From Raillietiella orientalis (lineage: Eukaryota), in NCBI GenBank assembly GCA_036172245.1, contig JAYWIR010000026.1, positions 930,001 to 994,000 on the forward strand: a stretch of 64,000 bases of DNA. The letters are read 5' to 3'. Below the pieces are notes generated by a model that had not been told where the DNA came from, did not search any database, and saw only the letters and a program-made list of their open reading frames with translations. Positions 11,501 through 23,500 of the stretch are shown here, one piece after another; position 1 is the first letter of the stretch, and each line of letters begins with the position of its first letter. The translations under genes were made by a program, and so were the position numbers.

Positions 11501-14500
11501 TAGGGGTGACTCCGTACCTGCAAGAATGCCGTACGTGAACACGACCAGCGCCAGGTTGGGAGCGACGCTGGACAAGATGTAGCCCAAGGCGGACAATATT
11601 CCTCCAAGCACTATGGTGATTCGGCAGCCGAACCTGAATATGAGGTACGTGGAAACCGGTCCTGCAGACCTGGGAAATGCATTCATTCTCCACAGTGTTC
11701 CCGTGTACCTCCGAGGAAAAAGAACGCACTATACATGGCTCCCACGGTCGCTGTGTAGCCCCGCGACTCTTTGAAGGTCTTCAGGAGCACGACGTACTGG
11801 ATGCTGAATGTGTTGTAGAGGCCTGAAAGGGGAAGAGTCAATCCCGAAATGGAGAGGCGCACAGGGAAAAAAGGGATTACAATTTTTCTTTTCTTTTCTT
11901 TTTTTCAGACCCGTCTCACACGGAAGGGAAGGGAGGAGGAAGAATGGAGGAGGGGACAAGGAATGGAGGACGATAAGGAAGAAGAAGAAAAAGAGAAGGA
12001 AAAGAGAATGAGGAGGAGGAAGACCAGTAGTGACGCTCCTCCTTCTTGTTTTCCTCCTCGCTTGCCTTACCTTCCTTGTGAGGCAGGGGGGAGGACGACT
12101 CGTCTCGGAAAGGAAGCTTGGATCAGCAAGCAGGCAGCCGTCGACGGATCTGCTCCGCTGCAACCCCTGCGCAAGAACACGCATGTTTGTTGACCCCCAT
12201 GTTTCAGTGGTCGACGCGGGCAGGGAGAACTCAGGACTCAAGAGATACCACTAACGAAGCGACCTTCCGGGGAGTTGAGACGCTCAGGAAAGAGGGGCCA
12301 CGCAACCGGCAGGGTTGGCTGCCGCCCTCATCGTGTTAATGGTGCTAACCGAGAGAGGGGTTGCACGCAAGCGGATGCAGAGAGACCTCCCCTCTTCAGC
12401 GCTTTTGCCGACTGCCTCTTCCCTTCAATTCTTCCTGTTGAGGTTCCTTGATGTCGTTATCCTTGGTTGTGGCACCGCTGGAGCGTTGCAGGTGGCGGTC
12501 CAGCCGCCAATGTTGCGTTCAGTGAGGAACCAGTGGACGCTCTGAGGTGCGCTGATGGCAATCCCTGAGAAACCGGACGCTTCCCCAGTGACCATCAAGG
12601 ATCTCTGGAAGCCGCCTCCTTCCTCAGTAGTCCTCCCGTCTTGGTGGGAACGTCCAGCCTCTTCGGGACCCGGTCTTTGGTCGTACACTGCAGCGCGGCG
12701 CCTCCCTTCCGATGGGCCCCGCCTGTTCCTTGAGGACCCTCGGTTCCCTCAACATTTCAGCATCCCCTGGATCCTGTAGACCCCACCGCGGTAGCTCTTG
12801 TAGCACCGCGGGCGTGGGTTAGAGGACTGGACCTCGGTGCTTGCTTGTCTCTTCCAGCCCAGCTGATGAACATTCCTCGGTCTGTCTGACTCTCCATAGC
12901 AGCTCGTCTTCAAGTGCGTACCCGGAAGGGAGGAAAAGGAGGACAAAGGGACGAGGAAAGAAAGAGGAAGACTAAGAGGGTCTGATTGGATTCACAGCAT
13001 CTTCTCATCCTAGCTGTTCCGCTCAAAAAGCCCGCAGCTCGCCACCGAAGGGATGTCCGCGTTGCGTAATCCAGGTGTCCGCGTGACACCTGGATTACGC
13101 AACGCTGCTCCCGGATGTAGCAAATCGGAAGCAGAACAAAAGAGCGTGCTAAATGCCTGACGGAGATCCCTTTTTATTTTTATTTTTAAAAAGTGCCTGA
13201 TGGAGATCCTTTTGGGGTTTTTCCGTTTTCGCTGCTTCCCTTCCATCCTTTTCTTTCTTTTGGTCCTCCAGGAGTGTTGAAAAACTGCTCGCCTGGAGGC
13301 TCACGAAGCTCTTCAACGCTCTTAAACAGTCACACCGTCCGAGGGTGCATGTGACTCTTCAAGTTAGTGGAAGATCACCCCGGAGGGACCCCCTGGTTTG
13401 TGGGGACCGTTCATTTCTTTCTCCAAGGGGACCCGGAAAGGATCAGCTCCCGATATTTCTTCTTTGGAGGGAAGCGCTCCCTGTTCCCTCCTCTGAAGGG
13501 CACCTCCCGAAAGAAGCAGCACACTTCTGTAACACTTCCGAGAGGCAGTTCCCCCCTATCAACCGGCTTCATGGTACGCGATAGAGAGTCTCTTCCAGGG
13601 GAACTTGGGAGGACTCCTCGATTCCTGGAAGGACTCCGGAGGGTCAACTTCCAATCAAGGCCAGCCAACGGGGGCATCCGGCTTTTAACCGTACCGCACT
13701 CGAATAGGTCAACCAGCACCATCCTGGGGATCGGAGGGTGGGGGTGGGGGGCTCGAAGACGATCGGGCACACCCTCCCTTATCAGCCTCGATCCTTCGTC
13801 GGGCGAGATTCGAACTCGAGACGCCTGGAGCCACCACGCGAGAAGACCGCAGCCACACGCGGCCGCCAACGCGAACTCCTTCCAACGGAGAGTGCCCTTT
13901 TCACACGCGCTGATGCGCCACGCACGAGATGGCGGACTCTCCCCCCTGTATCAGAAGAACTCCGCACGAGAAGGCTGTGACCTTGTAAGAGGGACGGATA
14001 ACGCGGCAGAAACAAAGGACAAACACCATCGGATGCAACAATGCCAAGGAATACACGGCGCATGACCCCTGCTGCACTAAAAGGTCAAAAGGCGAGGGAG
14101 GGGGTAGTCCACTCTTGTGAATCCTTGCGCCCCGACAACAGGGCGTCAGGCACCAGCCGAGATGGAGTAGCTCAAAAAGGATGTATCCAGAAGGTCAGGA
14201 GAACGACGCCGAGCGCGCTTGGAGCTCTTCGGGTCCAGAACGAGCCCCAAGGCAGCAACCCCCAAGACCAGGGAAGACCATTTCACGGGGCGGGAGCTGC
14301 TTTGCTTTTAACACTTGGGGTAGGTGAAAACTGAGTGCATTCGGAATGTGCGGTCACTGAGACCAGTCACTGCGACCGGATGCGTTTCCAAGATAGACAT
14401 ATAAATCTGTTTTAACATACAAAGTAAGATTAATATTTATTAACGTATATATTAGTAACATACATATCGAAGATTATAAAAAATATATAAATCCATTACA

Positions 14501-17500
14501 TATATTCTATGTTTTCCCACTATTTTTAATTGCAACCACTGTTTTTTTAATAATTCCATACTTATATATTCATTTAATACATATTTATTATTTACATAAA
14601 CATATATTGATATATATGACAAGTTTATAATGTGTGTTTACAATGTTTACCATACATCAATAATATATTAATAATTGCATGTTGATAATATATGTATGTT
14701 AAAATAACTGTGTACATCATTATATATATATATATATATATATGTGTGCTTTATATTATAATCTTTATAATACACACTGACCTGTATATAAACGTGTACA
14801 TTAATACATATAAATTTTATGATCTTAGGAGAGATTTCAGCGTTCGGGATTTCGATCGGCACCCTTGCGACGCAACCTTGGCAACATCTTTCCATCCGGA
14901 GAATCACCAAATGGGATGCGCCAAGGCATCGGTGTTTTGGGAGAAATGCGGCACACCACGCGTTCTGCGCAAGACGTGCATTTCGTGTCTCTTGAGCAGC
15001 AGTGGGTCGACCGGCACACCTCGGACGGGGGAAACGCTTCCACCGGCTGCGAACAGGAAGCCCTCAGACTTCGCATCTTGCTCGCTCCACCCCTTAGCAC
15101 CTGCCTCCCCCCCAAACACCCCAAAGCCAATTCGCGAAATGACGATATCCCGGCTTTCGGTTTCCTCGATGGGTGCAACTTGTTCGCGGCCAGCTCGATT
15201 CGTGTTTCATGTGTAGAGCAAATCGCACACGTTCCGTTCCGCGGATCTTTCGACTGCCGTCTTTTCCGACCGACCGGGTCAGGACGGTTGGGCACAATGC
15301 CAGTGCGCCAACGCAACGGGCTGGCTGGAAACCGCACAGAACCACGAAGAGCGACGGAGGAGGCAGGACCTAGATCCGCAGGCTGTGCGGCCAAAGGAGA
15401 ACAGCCTACGAGATCAGGACAGAACGACATCCAAACAAACGAGTCGGCAGCCAGCCGCAGAAAAACCCTCGAATGGCGAGAAAAGAAGCCTCGCTTTCTT
15501 GGAACCATGCAGGCAAAAAAAAAAAAAAGAATAGAATGGAGGCAGCATCAGAGTACCGGATGAAAGAGGCGGAATGTTGCAAACATTTTCCGGCTGTGTT
15601 TATTCCCTCTAAGCAACGCAGTTCCAATATGGGCCATCGCGAGGTGGCTGTAACTAATTCGTTCTGTGGTTCCGAACCTACGGGTTGTCAAATGAACGTC
15701 AAACGAAGAATCATCAAATGACAATGACGCGAAACCTAAGCCTGCGTGGCAAAGTGGTGGCAAGAGGATGAGAAGGGTTGCCAAGGGAAATCTCTGTTCG
15801 ATGTACCGAAACACAAAGAGCAGATTTGGGGACCTCACCAAGGCGCACACCGAGGGGGCTGCTTCCACGCCTTGAAATGCTCACCAACGAGCGGGGACAA
15901 CGCCTGGCCTTCCGGCGCCGCAAAGCGAAAGCCAATCAATTTCGTTTGCATTATTGTGCCTATTTTTATAAGCCAGCGCAACAGCGTTGGGTCCACTTCC
16001 ATTGTTGCGACTCTGAGGGAAAGAAGTGCAGTGCGTTCGGTCAGTGCGCTGCTCCGCAGGCTTTTCCGAAATCCCGCCGGGACCCGGCGCTTGCGACTAG
16101 GAGGGAGCTCTTGCGACTTCCCTCCGATCGAATGCTTTCGATTCTCCTTCCAGATACGGTTTTTCCCGTCTCGGGGCTCCTCCGAACAGCACATGACCGG
16201 GGTGGATGAAAGCCCGGAAGTGTCCTCACTTTTTATCCTGTTCCCCCCAACCCCCTCCTTTCGGACGTGCTGTGCTCAAGAACAGCGATGGAAGGGGAGG
16301 AGAAGGAGAGCAGACGTAGTCGACGGATGCCTCACTCCAAAGGAGGCGCCTCAGTACCACCTACCGCGGGCGCTCGCGGTAGGTGGCACTGAGAGAACTG
16401 CAGACTCCGAAAAGAGCAGGCAGGGAGCACCAGGATGATGGCGTGTTCGAAACGTGAGGCACTCCAGAGGTACGAATCGGAAGCATCGAGTAGGTCACCG
16501 CCCGCACGTTTTCCCGTCAGCCCCGTCGTGAGGACGGGCCGAAGACAAGAGACAGTGGAAATTCCCCCTTCCCCTCCTCGTTTCTTTGCGCATCCATTCT
16601 TGGCGCGCACGCAATCGACAAAAATGTTGAATAAAGCGACTACCGGAAGTCAGTCTTGATGAGGGCAATTTCGTTTCCGGTGACTGGTCTCCACAGTGTG
16701 GATGCTTCTGCGGAGACTGCGATTCGCAGCTTCCGTTCGGCATGGTTCCGCAGCCACTGCTCTGCACGGTCCGTTTGCATCTCGCTGATGCCATGGCTTC
16801 CCCCTGTGCTTACAGCCGCAGCAATCACACTGATCGCAAATGGCATCCGTGCTTTGAGTGCGTGCTGCCGTGGCGCACTCGCTCACCACCTGCAGCATCC
16901 ACGTCAGGGACGAATTCCATGGCGTGAAGGTCCCTATGAGCCGTGCAGGATAGCAGAATATTCGTCCTATCATTTACCGATAGTCAATGTTCGTGAAACC
17001 AGTGCAGAGGACAGTGACTCCGCAAGGACAAAGGGATGACCGTCACTCTGCTCTTGCTGTCATCCCTTTGTCCGTCCGGAGCAGTTTCTGCACTGGAGGG
17101 CGTGGGTGGGTGCTGAACTTGGGCCTCGTTTCCTTGAAAACGAGAGGTTGGCTCTCGAGAATCAGAATCCGCCCGAATCGTCTTTGCGAATACTTCGGAA
17201 CCCTGAAGGCACGTCTGAAAGTGTCCCCCTTACCTGTTGGGCCAACATTCCTTGGAACTTTGCCAGCAAAAGGGAGAGAAAGGAAAGAAGGAAGAGTGGA
17301 GTTCGTTCCCAGGGTTCGCAACGGGATTCTTTTCCTCTGGATCAAACCTGTCCGGACGGCGAGGTCGGAACCAAGAGAGGCCAAAAATTCCCTTTCGGCG
17401 AAGGACAAGGAAGGCCGACTCCGGGTGCACGCGGCGCCCGGGTTCTCCTGCTTGCGGGTTTCTCTCGAGAGTGCTTTCCCGGTCTAATCCGGCGTGCCTA

Positions 17501-20500
17501 GAGGAAAAAGCTGACGTTGGTCGGATGCCCTTGGGAAGATCGGCACCCTGTTCAGCGCTCGGGTTCTCTTCGCGGTCGTGTCGCTGGCTATCCCATTGCC
17601 CACCATCGCGTAAGAACCTCTTCTATTCGGAGAGCGCTGGCTGGCTCAGCAAACGGCGGCAGAAGGGAAAGTCAACGCCAAGGGTGGCCATGTCATCAGA
17701 TGACTACCGCGTGTCGGCTGGCGATCGTCTGCGCAGGAGAGAGAGTGAGGATCAGCGACCGCAACCTGCCTCTCCGTGGCTGACCCTTCACGGGGCTTCG
17801 GCGACAAAACTTCCATCTTCGTTTGATGCGGCTCTCTAGGTTGACCTCGGCGGCTGCCCGACGGAGATGATACCAGGCATCGCCAGCCACGGCCAGGAGC
17901 CAGGGAACCAGGTCCACCGGCCCCGGTGCTGCCAGCAGCACCGCGCGACAAGAGGCGAGGAAAACTTCGCCCCTCCCTTCTCTCACGGAACACCCTCAGA
18001 CGGACTCTGCCTAGGGAGGGGTGCACCTGGAATAGAAGGACGTGCCCCGTGCTTCGGCCTCCGGCGGTCTCAGAAGGGTGACCTCTCTCACCACGGGAAG
18101 GAAACGGAGCCCGTTCTAACTCGGCAGGTCTGCACCGGGCGTCAAACGAGTGCCGAGGGAAAGTCCTCTTTCGGTGGCTTTCGGAAGCCCTGGCTCGCAG
18201 ATCACACAGGGTATCAAAAGAGCGGGTGAAACGCGACGGTGGGGTTCACCTGCATTCTGCGCCTGTCCTGAGAAGGAAGGATCGCAAACCTATTCTCTTT
18301 ATTTATCGTCCTCTTCCCTTCTGCTCCATGCTTCAGAGCCTTCTGAGACCGACTTCCCTATCGCTTATTCCTCTCCGCGAGCTTCTTGTTGTTTCCCTTG
18401 GCAACTGAGTCCCATATTTTTTTTGTTCATTTATTATTATCATTATTTTTTTAAGTAAACACCCCAGCGTGATCAGGTTAAAAGCGTCAAACAAGCGCCG
18501 AAGAGGGGCACCACCTGAGAGTCCTTCAGCAGTCCCCGGAATCCTTTGTGCACAAATCTTCCGCTCACTCCCCAGAAAGCGATATCAGGCCATGTGAACC
18601 CATGTCCGTATTTTGGTCACGATGTGCCCCTTATTTCCCGGGAAGTTCCAGGAAGTGGGGAACGAGGTGTCGCGCCACGAGCGGTGGTTCCTGGCCGCAG
18701 GCGCCCACGGTGTGTGACCCCTCCCCTTCCTCCTTCCCTTCTCGTCTTCCCGGAAGGTCTCCATGTTTTGCGGTGGTCACTGGGGTCAGCTCTCCTCCCT
18801 TCCTGTTCTTGCGCCCACGAACCCGGCGTCGCTTCCCTTTCGGTACGTTCGTCGCAAGCCTTCTCGACAGAGACGCGTGGCGCACGGGCATCCCTTGCCA
18901 TCGTGACAAACCGCACCGTAAGACGAGGTGGCCCGCATGCCGCCAGCTGGAACACCTCCAGCAGAGAAGGCAGGGATCTGTTCGGCTCGTCGCTTAGCAA
19001 CTCCTCCCCCTCCCTCGCGCGCGCGCGCCAACTGCGGAGGGAGACGAGGAACTGCACATTCCCTGGAACCTGCCGCAGGCTGCGATCCGTTTAGCTGGGT
19101 AAGAGAGGTTTGAGGAACTCACCCCTTCCGTCCACAGCTCTGGAGGGGCTTTCGAGCAGCGCCCCGCACTTGGTTCGACCCTGATCCCTCTCGGGTTACC
19201 CTTCTGAAACTCATCTTTCAAACAAGACTCTTCGGGGGGAAATACGTTCGGAATTCCCACCCACACACGCACCCGACCGCGCTACTCTCTCGGTCTGCCC
19301 CATGCCGCTGGCCCAGAGGTGAGGCATCCGCTTCGCCTCGTACCGGCGTGTGCGCAGACGCAGTGCGACGGGGCGCCGCGGGGGAGGGGCGGGGAAGGGA
19401 GAGATCGGCCGCAGTCGCGCAGACGGCGCTGTGCGCATCGCATCGCGCGCGTTCGCACACGCTCGAGTGCTCGGGACTGGGTTCGAATGCTGCACCCCCT
19501 TCTCCTAATCCTCTTCCCCATCCCCCACCACAATCGCTTCTCACGGAAGTGCACGCTCACCAGCTGCATCTTGGACCGTGCAACTTCCGGGATTCATGGA
19601 GAGTTTTGCATCCATTCGCGGGTCTGCCACTGCAGCCCGATTGGCGCGCCATTGGGTGCCTGCCGGGCGACAAGCCACGCCGTACCTGGCTCGAACAACG
19701 GGTGCGATCTCACTGGAGTTAAGCATCGGGATGAGAAGCACTACAAACCCCGGAAGAACAATTTTCTTGAGGCGGACCGAGAAGAAGAAACGGGATGACG
19801 GGTGCCATGACTGGGACGCGGACGCAGCTTTGCGAGAAAACGCGCGCTCTCGCAACGACTCGAGCAAAAGACGCACAAATTTCCTGAGCAAATCCCCCAC
19901 TGCTTTCGTTTTATTATTATTATGTATATTTTGGGAGGAGCTAATACGAGCATCCTATCCCCTGTCTTTCGCCCTCTCTGGCCCTTCGCCGGCTCTCTGG
20001 CTGACTGACGGAGTGCCGTATTTCGCAATCACGTCTTTCCCCCATAACTTCTTGAGGCAGGAGCGCAACGCATCTGCTAAGACGGCGTATCGGTTTTGCT
20101 TTTTACTTTGTTTTTTTGTTTTCTCCTCCCCGTTTTCCTTTCTTTTCTTTTTTTTTAACTGGTTACCTCGCGCTTGGTACATCGCACAGCCTCACGTGGG
20201 ACACCGGTAACCAAGATTTCGGTGGAGGAAAGAAAGCAACCAAGAAAAGGAGTTGCCTATGTGTGTGTATCTTTCGTTTATTCATTTGCATTAGTCCTCG
20301 AGAGCCAGACACGAGTAGGAGAACCGGGAATTTTTTCAGAGCACCCCTATGGATAACAGAATGCCGGAAAACCTGCACTTGCGAAGTGGGCCATGAACAA
20401 TCAGGAATTCCTATCTTGTGGGTCGTTTCCCGTTCGGTGGATGAAATTTCTTCTTTTTTGCTTTTCTTCGGATGTCGTGACATTAGAGGCATAGTCTGAA

Positions 20501-23500
20501 ATACGATCCCTGCATCTCTTTTTTTCATCTGACTGCATCTGGCATTTTTAAGCTCGCGAAACAGCTTTCGTGGTTAATGTCGAATGGTAATCATTTATCT
20601 GCTCATTCCGGGCACTTGCGCATTCTTTAAAATAATAATATTCGTCAGATCAAATCGTCGGTCCAGCATCCAAACTCAAAGATTGGATACCATAGGGTAG
20701 AAAGTCCACTTGCCCGAGTGCAACTTTCTAGCTTAGCACAAAAGTTTACGACAATCAAGAAAGAATCTCGCCACTTGACAGAGATTTAGAATGAATAGAC
20801 GAAAACCATCAACTCCTTTGCCACAGAGTATCCGAAGGCCATGGGAATAAAGCGCATTACCATGGAAACATGTGAACTGAAGAACGTTCCAATGGTCCTC
20901 AGAGCCATCACCCCTCCAGCAACAGTACCATCAACGTCACCCATCCGAATTATTTCAATCTATTCTCCAATCCCCCATCGGACAGGAATAAACTCCACAG
21001 TAAACTCGTCTTCTCACATTTGCGTAACTTCATCACCTACTGATTAAACTCATGCAGGTGCATAGAGCACTTACAAAATAAATCAAAGGGTATCCACACA
21101 CCGTGACGTGCCCTCTTCTACAGAGTGAGCTACTTAATAACCGATCCGTGTTTACGTCACGCCGCGAAGCCGGACTTGAGACAGTGTTTTCAGATTGCAT
21201 TGTTGGTCGCTACGCCAATCAGGCATGCTGACGTCACGCCGCGAAGCCGGACTTGAGACAGTGTTTTCAGATTGCATTGTTGGTCGCTACGCCAATCAGG
21301 CATGCTGACGTCACGCCGCGTAGCCGGACTCGATACGGGCCGTTTCCAAGTCCCTCAGGTATATAGCTCCTATCAATATTCACTGCTGAGCAACCTGCCT
21401 GCTGAAGCATACCAAACGAAAACCAAGAGCGCAAAGTCGGTGAAGCCACGATTTAAGCACACAGGCGTAGATTTGAACAAACACACTGATACAGACACGC
21501 CAGATTACATTCGAAGGAACACTGGAACGGAGGCTCGACGCAGATGCTCAGTGTTTAAGAGAGCACAACGCTCTCCAGCGGTGACGTGCTTGTGAGCAAC
21601 ACCACATTTCACGAGAACGCGCATCCTTCCCTACAGAACCAAAAATGTCTCTGCTGCACGGTAATTCCAATATACATTACCTCTGATTGACGTAAGTTCT
21701 TTCGCACACCTGAAGACAAGCCACAGAGGATGCGCAAGAGACAGTTTTCCATGCAGTTGCAGCACCCGTGTGTGGTGCACGTAAATGATCACCGCAGACA
21801 TAAAAAATTTCTCCTTTTCGCGATGAAGGCATGTTTGCAAATCGACCCATGTTTCCAAAACTCTTCAACCACGCACTCTGAATGTTTTTCCAAAACAAAA
21901 CAAAAAACAACAACCTTAAATATAAAAAGTACACTGCGCGTGCATAGCCATGTGCGTATCAACAGCTTTCAAGTGTGGTCCGAGTATGGCAAGTTCTCCC
22001 CTTGAGAGCAGATTTCCGAACGTAAACGACACTTCTTCTCCTGAGATGGAAAAATGTACCTTCCACGGCAAGATGCCATTCCGAGTCGTTACAAGGCGAA
22101 CCGGCCTGTATCAATTTCATTCTCTTTAGGTTTCCAGGACCGCTCCCCTGCTCGCTTTTCGCTGGCTCAGGATTCGATGAAAGTTTTCCCAGATGCCGGA
22201 ACGGAAACCGCGAAAGCAAAGTCTCGCAATCCGCCTCTCATCTTCGTTTTTTTCTTTCAACGAACTGGAGGGTCGCCGTTAAGGCCAGCAGGTACTCATC
22301 AACGCCCAATGGCAGACTAGCGGTTCCGTCGACACCCAAATGACAGATAGGATCGATAGGATAGTTGGCTTCGTGGATGTCTTAAGGAACCTTCTGCAAC
22401 CATTCCCTTTCAAGGGTCGTGAAGCTGAGAACAATGGGTGCCAGAAATTGGCAGTGGAAACCTCTGTTCCCGGATGCCGTCGCCTACTTTTGATGCTCCA
22501 CAAGATGCACAACACATCTTTCCGTGTCTATGGTCACCAAATTCGAAATATGCATGACGTGTGCTCGTCATGTTGCAAATCCCGGAGACGGTGACCGAGT
22601 CTTCTTGGAGGGAAGTCTGCTCGCGAACCGAAACCGCGACGAAAGTGACCGAAGTCCATTTCCTTCTCGCACGAGCACGTGCTCAACGGAGTCTGCGAGA
22701 CCACAGAAAACGCAAAGAATGCTTCCGCATGGAAGGCAAAACTCACGCAAGAAGGAGAGAAAAAAAAAGAAGATTCGAGAAGAAATTCTACGAGATAAGA
22801 GAAAATTAAATTACTAGACTTCCAACCACAAACGACTCGGGCATGCGAAAGAACCTTGAGTGGATGGAAGCACCAGAGAATCCCGACTTGGCAAAGCGCA
22901 CAGTCCTGAGTCCATGCCGCCTCCGCCAGGCGGTTTCCAGGATCCTGTAATATCCTCTCCGTCTCCGTGCTCCTCCTTTCAGGAAGAACAGCGCTGGCAC
23001 CTCAAGAACCTTGCACCTCTCAAATCTGGTGACTCTCTGCGACGACCAGAAGGTTCTCGAATGTCACCACAAGGTGCTTGCATCAGAAAGCACCCAAGGA
23101 GCGCTTCTTCGTCACGAACACTCATGAGGATGCCCACCTCGGATGATGTTGTTTCTATGTTTTCCCACCTCTTTCCCTGCTCCTCTCTTTCAAGTTCAGG
23201 ACCCTAGAACCTTCTCCATCCTTCAGGAAATTTCCCCCCGTTTTCCCGACAAGCTCGCGGCCAAGCCCTCGAACTGGATGGTTTGCGTCGCAGGCGGATT
23301 GTGACCACACCCTTCCCGTGCACGAAAACTCAATTTTCCCGAGACGTCACCCAGGATCGAAATCAAAACCGGAAGTGCGTAAAAATTTCATCCTCCCCTG
23401 ATCCTGCAGGTCGCTCCGCTCTTTTCGTGTTCCAGGCGGAGGGAGCTCCCGGTACAAGCGCTCACCTCAGAGCCGGGAACGAAGTTTGCGCCTCGCTGGG

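Noticed and set aside
15725..15900. NLSLRGKVV peptide resembling L1/Tx1 ORF2
   Set aside because: A single short motif with little colinear support.
21154..21330. Possible CRISPR-like array
   Set aside because: Head-to-tail identical units without unique spacers, eukaryotic context, and no cas genes.
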